DNA of 64,000 nucleotides, taken from sequence record MW845759.1; one strand, written 5' to 3'. This document shows positions 1 to 7,522 of the stretch, piece by piece. The notes under the pieces were generated by a model. The model did not search any database and was not told where the DNA came from. It worked only from the letters and a program-made list of their open reading frames with translations. Numbering within the stretch: the first letter of the stretch is position 1; the number at the start of each line of letters is the position of its first letter. Position numbers and translations under genes: made by a program.

Positions 1-1
1 C

Positions 2-973
2 ACTGAAGCGACACATTACTTGCGGGAAAAACTCCAGCTGGAGAAGACTCGTGAGGAGTGGGCAGAGATTGCACGGGCACAGGGTAATGTCGACACCACA
101 CTGGAAGCACGGCTGGCTGTACAACGTGATGCAGTAAATGAAGCACTGCAATCCAAGTACAATGTCGAAGGTTCTCTCAAGCACGCACAGGCACAACTCG
201 ACAGTCTACTGCGTACCAAAGCAGCAGTAGAGAATTTCAAAGTGTTGGAAGGTCGTTTAGAATCAGCAATGCGTCTGTATTCAAACAACCTTGCGGTCAA
301 AGAAGTCGAGGACTTCCGCGACATGCGCTGGGACCAGTATTCGGTTGCCCGTGAACGCTACCGTTTAATGCAACAGGAGCTGGACAAACTCGCGGAACTT
401 GAGAAAGAGCTGGAGCGGTTATTAAAGCACCAACACACTGCCAAGTTAATGGTCACCAGTTTCTCTCCGGAGAAAGGGGTATTGCGTCGTCACTTCTTTA
501 ACTCGATTGCGCGCGTCACCGAGATGATGTCGAGTTATATTGAACACGTCTGGGCGTACCCGATGCAGGTGCTGCCGTGCGACATGTCAGAAGGGGATTT
601 GGACTACCGTTTCCCGTATCGCCTGAAAGACAATCCAGAACCAGTGTTCGATATCTGCAAAGGGTCAGCGGCACAGCGGGATATCTTTGACTTGACCTTC
701 CGTTTAACGGCGTACCGTTGCCTCGGTCTGAAACAGTATCCGTTGCTGTTAGACGAACCGGGTGCCACCTTCGATGAAGCACACCGTAATGAACTGGTGG
801 ACTTCTTGAAAATGCTGTTAAACTCCGATGAGTTCTCACAAATCATCGTGATTTCTCACAACTCGGAAGTTCACTCTAAACTCGTAGGTGCCGATTATTG
901 CGTACTGGAATCGGAAGGGATTACCCCTCCACCGGTTTATAATCAGAACGTGAAAATAACTTATACCGATTAA
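2..973 (+). CDS. sbcC: SbcC/Rad50-like ABC ATPase, C-terminal part (5' end lies outside the window)
   Basis: Coiled coil, degenerate signature KGSAAQRDIF, Walker B PLLLDEPGATFD, H-loop VISHN; frame is open from base 2. Confidence 0.9.
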   Translation, partial: TEATHYLREKLQLEKTREEWAEIARAQGNVDTTLEARLAVQRDAVNEALQSKYNVEGSLKHAQAQLDSLLRTKAAVENFKVLEGRLESAMRLYSNNLAVKEVEDFRDMRWDQYSVARERYRLMQQELDKLAELEKELERLLKHQHTAKLMVTSFSPEKGVLRRHFFNSIARVTEMMSSYIEHVWAYPMQVLPCDMSEGDLDYRFPYRLKDNPEPVFDICKGSAAQRDIFDLTFRLTAYRCLGLKQYPLLLDEPGATFDEAHRNELVDFLKMLLNSDEFSQIIVISHNSEVHSKLVGADYCVLESEGITPPPVYNQNVKITYTD

Positions 974-982
974 GGAGCTATC

Positions 983-1312
983 ATGGGTGGGGCCGTTGTC
1001 ATCGTAACGACGGCTGCTGCTAACGCGGCAGCCAGTGCATCCATTGCAGCCAGTAATGCAGCCAACAACTTCAGATACTCCGGTGCCGATGGGGACGTCG
1101 GGCTGGAAATGGTGTTTGTCATTTTGTTTATGCTGGTTCTCATTGGTGGCGGTGTGCGTGTTACTGACTCAAAATGGGAACGTGACTGGGCGCGGGGACA
1201 TGACCATGCAAAGTACGTGCACTTTCACAATCAAATGGTTTTACGGGGTGTGTGCTTAGCCATTGCGTTGAGCATCATTGCTATTCTTGGCATTTTAACG
1301 GTGGCACTATAA
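983..1312 (+). CDS. Small membrane protein with 2 hydrophobic segments and an Ala-rich N-terminus
   Basis: RBS aaggag; hydrophobic segments MVFVILFMLVLIGG and VCLAIALSIIAILGILTVAL. Confidence 0.8.
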   Translation: MGGAVVIVTTAAANAAASASIAASNAANNFRYSGADGDVGLEMVFVILFMLVLIGGGVRVTDSKWERDWARGHDHAKYVHFHNQMVLRGVCLAIALSIIAILGILTVAL

Positions 1313-1398
1313 TGAATATCATGACTCTGGTAGGACGTGTGATTAAAGCAATTATCCGTTCCATGTTCACACGGAAGAAAGAGCAACAAGAAAAATAA
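1312..1398 (+). CDS. 28-aa peptide MNIMTLVGRVIKAIIRSMFTRKKEQQEK (not in ORF track)
   Basis: TAATG stop/start overlap with the upstream gene; fills the gap up to the next promoter motif. Confidence 0.55.
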   Translation: MNIMTLVGRVIKAIIRSMFTRKKEQQEK

Positions 1399-1403
1399 TT
1401 TCA

Positions 1404-1422
1404 GATATATATCATCTTCATG
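1404..1422 (+). promoter_or_regulatory. Putative early phage promoter motif
   Basis: gATATATATCATCttcATG; related copies at 4871, 12190, 46487, 47212, 59119, 61175 and 63415; resembles the phiKZ early TATATTAC element. Confidence 0.6.
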
Positions 1423-1447
1423 CTAATCAATCCATTTGGAGTTAATC

Positions 1448-2188
1448 ATGTACCAGTTTTTAAGACAGCTTGGAGATGAGCGTTCGCAGACAGCCCGTGA
1501 CAGTTGGCTGGACGAGTTTGATAAGTTCTACTTCCCCGTGCGGGAAAGAGGGGTAACCATCCAACGCACGATTCATACTTGGAACGGTGTAGCCCTTCCG
1601 AACATCATGTGGCGACTGCGCGCATTTGATGCGTTGGAGAAGTGGTGGGTTGGCTCTGGTTATGCAGATTGCCCTGTAGCAACTTATGCCCCGTCGTGGG
1701 ACGAGCATGTCTATCGACAGGCGTATGAAGAGATGCAGTTCCATGCACCGTTTGATACGGCGGCGTTCTTAGCTGCCATCGACGCCAAGACTGGGCGTGA
1801 CCTGTTGATATTTAAAAGCATCATTCTGCCTGAGTGGACACTCTCACCGTCGTACAATTACGTTGATGAACCGTCCAAGCTTTATCGCGTGATGCGCGAC
1901 ATCTGGTACGGCCCTCGCGCACCGAGTGTTCGTTTGGAATTCAGTGACTGTGCCATTCAATACGCGTGGCACCAGAACCACTATTTCCTGTACCAGCCTG
2001 AACCGGAGCTGTGGATGTGGATAGCCCATCATGCTAAACCGTCCTACGCTAAAGGCCGTTTGTATGCACTCAACGTCAAAAACGATCTGAGTGTATTAGA
2101 GGAGCGCTACTTGCATTCTCTGGTGAATATACAAGTCACTAAACCAAACGGGAAGAAGGCATTATGGATGGGTGGACGGCCGAGCTAA
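1448..2188 (+). CDS. Hypothetical Trp/Tyr-rich protein
   Basis: Long ORF; GGAG RBS before ATG 1448 (track uses TTG 1436). Confidence 0.8.
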   Translation: MYQFLRQLGDERSQTARDSWLDEFDKFYFPVRERGVTIQRTIHTWNGVALPNIMWRLRAFDALEKWWVGSGYADCPVATYAPSWDEHVYRQAYEEMQFHAPFDTAAFLAAIDAKTGRDLLIFKSIILPEWTLSPSYNYVDEPSKLYRVMRDIWYGPRAPSVRLEFSDCAIQYAWHQNHYFLYQPEPELWMWIAHHAKPSYAKGRLYALNVKNDLSVLEERYLHSLVNIQVTKPNGKKALWMGGRPS

Positions 2189-2272
2189 TCGGTAGTGGTA
2201 TATTTTTAGCTACTTCGTTTTTATTTCTCTACATTATTCATCGTCGGGACAGGAAGTCCAGAAGGGGTTCGA

Positions 2273-2419
2273 ATGAAAAATCCTAAAGTTATTTTTGGCG
2301 TTGTCATGTTGGGTCTGTTCCTCATGAAGCAGTGGTGGTTATTCTTACCGATGTTCGGTTTCGCGCTGGGCTATCTGATGCGTCGAGAGATTGACCGTCA
2401 GGCGAGTAAGAAGTCATGA
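2273..2419 (+). CDS. 48-aa membrane protein MKNPKVIFGVVMLGLFLMKQWWLFLPMFGFALGYLMRREIDRQASKKS (not in ORF track)
   Basis: AAGGGG RBS; ATGA overlap with the next gene; hydrophobic core with a basic tail. Confidence 0.7.
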   Translation: MKNPKVIFGVVMLGLFLMKQWWLFLPMFGFALGYLMRREIDRQASKKS

Positions 2420-2715
2420 ACCCGTTCTTTAAGCCGGTGGAGAATCCGGCTTTACTCCCCGTAGTGGTCAAACATCCGCAGCTGCTTTCTGCTGACTTTG
2501 ATGGGGATTCTCCAAACGGACTAATCAGTCCGTACGACCCATTGTGCGTCTGGGTAATGAATCACATTGTTCCGGGTATGCGTGCTATTGTTGGCGCATT
2601 CCGAGACATTGTTACCAGTCACGGTTTCAAAGTGGCGGTAGCTAAAGCACGTAAACAAAAACGGTTGAAAAACCAAAGACGACGTCGCAAAACTAAAGCG
2701 ATGCGTAAAAAGTAA
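2416..2715 (+). CDS. Hypothetical protein with an Arg/Lys-rich C-terminal tail
   Basis: ATGA coupling; ends KQKRLKNQRRRRKTKAMRKK. Confidence 0.75.
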   Translation: MNPFFKPVENPALLPVVVKHPQLLSADFDGDSPNGLISPYDPLCVWVMNHIVPGMRAIVGAFRDIVTSHGFKVAVAKARKQKRLKNQRRRRKTKAMRKK

Positions 2716-2760
2716 TAACCCAAAAGACATATCTATCAAACATACCGTGGAGCATTCAAA

Positions 2761-3726
2761 ATGAACGAACAAAAGAAAGTTACTTTACCAGGCAGCATCT
2801 CTAACATCCCAACCACCAACTACGGTCGTGCGTATTCTATCATGAGCACGTGGGGACACATGTACACCGCTGATGAAATGAAGCGCATGCTTATTGGGCG
2901 CGGGGTTGATATCACCGATATCGATGTTGATGCGCTGCACAAAGCCTGCACCGCTTCTCTAGAAGGCTTAACTGAGCCTAACGCGTCGCTCGAAATCACG
3001 TACGAAGACGGCACGAAAGAATCACGTTCTGCCTCTGCGTCTCTGATGAAGCCTAAAACTCCCGAAGAGCAGGAGAACGCGTGGACTGAACGTAAACGTG
3101 GTTTAATCGTTGCGGCATTGGCCAGACATCAAAACGACCCCGCTAAACTGATTGATGTTGAGAATCTGACTCAGCGTCTGTTTAGCAAGGACCGTAGCTT
3201 CTCCGAACGGGGAAGAGATATGATGGAACTCTCATCACTACTGGGCGTAGGCACGCTGAACGAAGACCCGGCATGGGAAACGTTTAAATCTCAACTGGTA
3301 GAATCGGTACCGGGGATGCATCGGCCGACACCTAATCGTTGGTCCGGTGAGTCTGAGTTGGCGCGTCTTAGCGATTACGATGGCCGTACCCGTTTTAATC
3401 CGGGTAATGACTTGGTCAATCGCTTACTGACCCAAGGGTATCATTCGGACGAAGTTAAGCTTGCTGATTTGGGCGTGGGTAAATTGTTGGACGCTGCTGC
3501 TTTCATGGCACCGCATCACATGACCATTCATACGAGCACTCCGGGTGAAGATCAAGTTCTTATTGTCCCTAAACCAGCGATTACACGTCAGCGCCTTTCC
3601 CATCCTTACGGTCATGCGTTCCGCACTTACAGCGATGACTATCTGCGCGAACTGGCCATTAAACGTAAAGCGAAACGCATTAAGAATCAACGTCGTCGTC
3701 GTAATGCGAAAGCTCGGAGAAAATAA
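2761..3726 (+). CDS. Hypothetical protein with an Arg/Lys-rich C-terminal tail
   Basis: GGAG RBS; ends KAKRIKNQRRRRNAKARRK. Confidence 0.8.
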   Translation: MNEQKKVTLPGSISNIPTTNYGRAYSIMSTWGHMYTADEMKRMLIGRGVDITDIDVDALHKACTASLEGLTEPNASLEITYEDGTKESRSASASLMKPKTPEEQENAWTERKRGLIVAALARHQNDPAKLIDVENLTQRLFSKDRSFSERGRDMMELSSLLGVGTLNEDPAWETFKSQLVESVPGMHRPTPNRWSGESELARLSDYDGRTRFNPGNDLVNRLLTQGYHSDEVKLADLGVGKLLDAAAFMAPHHMTIHTSTPGEDQVLIVPKPAITRQRLSHPYGHAFRTYSDDYLRELAIKRKAKRIKNQRRRRNAKARRK

Positions 3727-3908
3727 TGGAAAAGGAATTTCAGTTGCAACCCGTACCTTTTATCGTGCGTCCTCCTGAGGAGCCTGAAGGTACGGTACTG
3801 CGCTACCGGACAAAGACCACCATTGCCGGTAAAGACTATCTGTTATACACACCGGGCCCGCAAGACGACACGTCCGAGCTCGTCGAGGTAAAGTTAAATG
3901 AATGCTGA
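3726..3908 (+). CDS. Small hypothetical protein
   Basis: TAATG coupling; lies within the operon. Confidence 0.6.
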   Translation: MEKEFQLQPVPFIVRPPEEPEGTVLRYRTKTTIAGKDYLLYTPGPQDDTSELVEVKLNEC

Positions 3909-4098
3909 TGATTTGATTCTGTTTCAGAAGTTTCTCGGTGTGCTCAGTATTGGCGTCGCCCTGATTGTTGTGGTACTGGCAATCAAAGTGGGGATCGATA
4001 AATACGTTGACCGCAATAACTACTTTGAAGAGGAAGAGGGTTCAAGTAATGACGATGATGTGGCACACGAAACACGAACATTACCACACTCTAAATAA
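3898..4098 (+). CDS. Small single-TM membrane protein
   Basis: GAGG RBS; TM FLGVLSIGVALIVVVLAI; acidic tail. Confidence 0.65.
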   Translation: MNADDLILFQKFLGVLSIGVALIVVVLAIKVGIDKYVDRNNYFEEEEGSSNDDDVAHETRTLPHSK

Positions 4099-4366
4099 CG
4101 AGATTGCGGAATGGGCGAAAGTGAACGTAGGGCCAAACTGGGATTTGGAAACCACCTATACGTTCATCTGGTTTGATGGGGAAGAGCGTCTGTTCCGTGA
4201 AGATGTTCGTGAGAAAGTGATGTCGAAGATGGAAGGGCATCCGCCTATTCCAGAGAACCATCGCCGTCTTTACAACCTCTATCAAAACTACAATCACAAT
4301 CCGGTGAAGACGTACTTCACGTACATCGACGTACCGGCTGAAGACTGTTACGAGAAAGAGCGGTAA
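4049..4366 (+). CDS. Hypothetical protein
   Basis: Purine-rich RBS before ATG 4049; overlaps the upstream gene; exact start among 4049, 4055 and 4058 is uncertain. Confidence 0.65.
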   Translation: MTMMWHTKHEHYHTLNNEIAEWAKVNVGPNWDLETTYTFIWFDGEERLFREDVREKVMSKMEGHPPIPENHRRLYNLYQNYNHNPVKTYFTYIDVPAEDCYEKER

Positions 4367-4368
4367 TC

Positions 4369-4866
4369 ATGCTATCATTAAAGTTTCTTCGCGAGTCGAC
4401 TATCGACGGGAATTTGTTCAACGCACCGGAGACGTATAAAGTCGTTACGGTGAATCAAGTCGGGGCTATGGGTCGGGGCATAGCACTCTCTTGCAAAGAA
4501 CGTTATCCCAATGTCTATCGGGAGTACCGTAAGGCATGTCGTGAGAAACTTTATTTCCCCGACGATGTCATGGTGTTCGAAGAGGAGAAGATTATTCTCC
4601 TCGCCACTAAAGACGACTGGAAAGCCCCATCCACGGTTGAAATTATTACACGTGGGTTATATGGTTTGAGTCGTCAACTCCCGAACCTTAACGCCTCCAT
4701 TGCCATTCCGCCGTTGGGAATGGTTAATGGGTGGCTGAAGAAATCCCAGCGTGCTGAGATTTTTTCTTTGGTCGTTGAACTTTTCCACAAACAAGACTGT
4801 AACGTGAGAGTGTACCTCCCGGACGTTTTGTATGAGGAGGTACGTGAGTTGTACCATTCCAAATAG
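4369..4866 (+). CDS. Macrodomain ADP-ribosylhydrolase, DarG/TARG1-like
   Basis: GNLFNA, TVNQVGAMGRGIAL, ATKDDWK (Lys at the DarG catalytic position), SIAIPPLG..NGWL. Confidence 0.88.
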   Translation: MLSLKFLRESTIDGNLFNAPETYKVVTVNQVGAMGRGIALSCKERYPNVYREYRKACREKLYFPDDVMVFEEEKIILLATKDDWKAPSTVEIITRGLYGLSRQLPNLNASIAIPPLGMVNGWLKKSQRAEIFSLVVELFHKQDCNVRVYLPDVLYEEVRELYHSK

Positions 4867-4870
4867 GCAT

Positions 4871-4890
4871 GGATATATATTCTCATTGTG
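4871..4890 (+). promoter_or_regulatory. Putative early phage promoter motif
   Basis: ggATATATATTCTCattGTG. Confidence 0.55.
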
Positions 4891-5018
4891 GCTAATAGAT
4901 TAGTCCGAGAACATCACTTTATTAATTTCCGCAGGAGGCAGACTTAGGAACACCACGCCATTGGGGTAGTAGCATTACTACAAACCAGCGTCAACCACTC
5001 TCACGAGGAACACGTTAA

Positions 5019-5876
5019 ATGAAACATTTACTTTTAGGCTTAGCAATCCTGCTGACAAGCCTGCCCGCATTAGCATCAACATCCACGAGCGCTTCATGGG
5101 ACCGCCATAAGCAGACGGTAGCCAAAGCAGCACACAAAGTTGGAGTGTCACCCAAATTAGCCACCGCCATTGCCGGCCGTGAATCCGGCGGTAACGCCAA
5201 GGCAAGAAATCCACACTCCTCGGCCTCGGGCCTGATGGGTGTCACGCGACCGACCGCTCGCTCCATGCTGCGTAAATACGGTAAAGAGTTAGGGCTCTCC
5301 CGTAATGCGGATATCATGAACCCAAAGGTCAACGCGCTGTTAGGGACTGTCTATTTAAGAGAAGTCCGTCAGGAAATGAATCAACGCTTGGGTCGTCCAG
5401 CCCGGGATCACGAAGTGTATCTTGCATATCACTTTTCTCCCGCAAAAGCTGAACGCATTATTAAAGCGCGCCCTTCGAAACGCATGGTAGATATCTATCC
5501 CTCCGCAGCACGCGGTAACAAGGCATGGTATTACCACAAAGGCGGAAAGGCGAAATCTGCTGCTGATGTGATTAGCATGGCACGAAACAAAGTCGGCAAA
5601 GAGTCGAAGTATGGTCACGAAGCTGTGTCAATAGCCGAGAATACACAGAAGGCTAAAGCCGCTCCTACAACGTTAGCGAGTATGGCTACCACCACACCGG
5701 TCTGCATGGCAGACGTGGTATCTGAGTCGTCTCAGCCTCGTGAACACCCTTTATTGGTGAAAGGTACGTTAGGCACAAGCGTGATGTCACGCTGCCGTGA
5801 CACCTCCACCTTGGACCCGGAGTTTGATACTGCGATGGTGCGGTACTCCCTAAAAGAACAGTATTTGCGTTATTAA
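5019..5876 (+). CDS. Lytic transglycosylase (SLT family) with a Sec signal peptide; endolysin candidate
   Basis: Signal peptide MKHLLLGLAILLTSLPALA; catalytic E in AIAGRESGG (5181); GLMG motif; NALLGTVYL. Confidence 0.85.
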   Translation: MKHLLLGLAILLTSLPALASTSTSASWDRHKQTVAKAAHKVGVSPKLATAIAGRESGGNAKARNPHSSASGLMGVTRPTARSMLRKYGKELGLSRNADIMNPKVNALLGTVYLREVRQEMNQRLGRPARDHEVYLAYHFSPAKAERIIKARPSKRMVDIYPSAARGNKAWYYHKGGKAKSAADVISMARNKVGKESKYGHEAVSIAENTQKAKAAPTTLASMATTTPVCMADVVSESSQPREHPLLVKGTLGTSVMSRCRDTSTLDPEFDTAMVRYSLKEQYLRY

Positions 5877-5889
5877 TCAGGAGCAGACG

Positions 5890-6363
5890 GTGAAACAGAA
5901 ACAGCCGGCTTATTATCGCCCTATCGCGGAAGCATTACGCCTTACCGCGAACCAGGCAGTGAGTCAGACGTTGAAGAGTAACTTTGGCGTGAAGAGCACG
6001 TTTTATCGTGTGCATGATTGCCAGCATACGTTAGAGCATGCCTTAGAACGCCGTCATTTTGACTTTGACACAGCGTACGGATTGCTTTATCTGATGGGTT
6101 ATCGCCCGTCGTTATTAGAAACGGCTGACGGCCATGCGTTGTTGCTGCTCCCGTCTACGACCTATAACCGAACCATCACACTGGAAATTGCGACTCAGGA
6201 AGCGAAAGTGTATCTGGCCAGAACACTGAAGCTCTCTGATGAAACGCTTTCTATTAAGAAGCAGTTGGCAGCTTTCGGCGACGGCCGTCAGATTCTGCGC
6301 GATACTTCACTTCCACGTGAGAAGTTCTTACTTGAGTACAAACGTTATGAAGACGCTGCTTGA
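5890..6363 (+). CDS. Hypothetical protein
   Basis: AGGAG RBS before GTG; 157 codons. Confidence 0.7.
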   Translation: MKQKQPAYYRPIAEALRLTANQAVSQTLKSNFGVKSTFYRVHDCQHTLEHALERRHFDFDTAYGLLYLMGYRPSLLETADGHALLLLPSTTYNRTITLEIATQEAKVYLARTLKLSDETLSIKKQLAAFGDGRQILRDTSLPREKFLLEYKRYEDAA

Positions 6364-6856
6364 CCTGACCCGCTTTTACAACCAGCCAGACAGCAAGGAA
6401 GTGTTAGCGCTGACTATGCCGGTATTGGTCGAGGCGTGTCGTCTTGACGTCTCTGTGGAAACTGCACTCATCTCCTCAACCGCCATTACGGACTACGATG
6501 TCGAAGCGTATCTAAATTCGCAACATATCGTCGTACCGTATAACATGCACGTGGTGATTGCGCCGGAACATCGGATGGTGTATCAAACAGCCACACCGGT
6601 TCCGTTGTTTGGGGATGCCTTATCCTACGACCTGACAGCAGCAACCTTTTTCAAAACCGGTGTTGGCATGTCCTATCGCAAGTGGGCTCTTGCGGTGTGG
6701 GAAGACAACGCGGATGCGATTACGGTGCTCGCAGTCATGGACGAAGAACGGCTGGACCCTGAGGTGATTACTGTTACCAATGTTGAAGGGCGGACGAACG
6801 CGTGCATCTTTACGCCAGAGATGTGTTACGTGCGAATCGACCCAAGCAAACAATAA
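6347..6856 (+). CDS. Hypothetical protein
   Basis: ATG 6347 overlaps the end of the upstream gene; followed by a terminator. Confidence 0.7.
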   Translation: MKTLLDLTRFYNQPDSKEVLALTMPVLVEACRLDVSVETALISSTAITDYDVEAYLNSQHIVVPYNMHVVIAPEHRMVYQTATPVPLFGDALSYDLTAATFFKTGVGMSYRKWALAVWEDNADAITVLAVMDEERLDPEVITVTNVEGRTNACIFTPEMCYVRIDPSKQ

Positions 6857-6864
6857 AAAGGTAC

Positions 6865-6885
6865 CCTACCCCCGACGGGGGTAGG
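6865..6885. terminator. Bidirectional intrinsic terminator
   Basis: cctaccccc-gac-gggggtagg between convergent genes, with flanking A and T runs. Confidence 0.8.
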
Positions 6886-6901
6886 TCCTTAGTTTATTTT
6901 T

Positions 6902-7513
6902 TTAGCCCTTACTTGCCGCAATTTTCATCAGCTCATCATTGAGCTTTTGCAAGTCGTCAGCACGCTTCTGTAAAGTCGCCACTTGTTCCTCCAGTGGCAC
7001 CGCGTCACGAATGTTCTGTTTACGCTTACTTTCCATTTCCACGTGCTGGGCGTTGTCGACCTGACCTTCGTAGCGCATTGTGGAGATATACGGCGTAGGG
7101 AGAATACCCAACTTACCCTGCAGGTAGTTCGTGAAGTCCCCAGTAAAGGCTTGCACATCCACATAGTCAGGCAGGAGGGCTAAGTCCACCACCAACACAT
7201 TCCGGTTGTACTTTAACCCGGTTAATCCCGGGTAAGAAGACAGGTACGTGTTCGGCACATAACGTACTTCGCCGTCGTTTGCCTTGAACACCAGAATCGA
7301 TGCACTCGCCGCCGCATCGGCCTTGTAATCGGCCTGAGTGATGTTATGAGGCGCATAGTACGTGTCGTATACCGGCTTATTGTTGCGTTCTAACTCCGGG
7401 AAGGTACGAATCGCGTCTAAGCGATAGATAACCCCTTGCGGTAATTCAAACGGCGAGAGACAGATAAATGTCCCTTCGCAGTTGATGGGGGGCGTTAGTG
7501 GTTTACGCGCCAT
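6902..7513 (-). CDS. Conserved phiKZ-like protein, probable virion structural protein
   Basis: GGAG RBS; C-terminal coiled coil; co-transcribed with 7523..8860; structural role inferred from synteny. Confidence 0.6.
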   Translation of the reverse strand: MARKPLTPPINCEGTFICLSPFELPQGVIYRLDAIRTFPELERNNKPVYDTYYAPHNITQADYKADAAASASILVFKANDGEVRYVPNTYLSSYPGLTGLKYNRNVLVVDLALLPDYVDVQAFTGDFTNYLQGKLGILPTPYISTMRYEGQVDNAQHVEMESKRKQNIRDAVPLEEQVATLQKRADDLQKLNDELMKIAASKG

Positions 7514-7522
7514 TTATTCTCC

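Noticed and set aside
2722-2734. 13-mer aaaagacatatct shared with 63043-63055
   Set aside because: Tens of chance 13-mer matches are expected in 64 kb, and there is no third copy.
5890-6363. Possible tandem HTH DNA-binding protein
   Set aside because: The helical pattern is suggestive, but no recognisable HTH signature was found; left as hypothetical.
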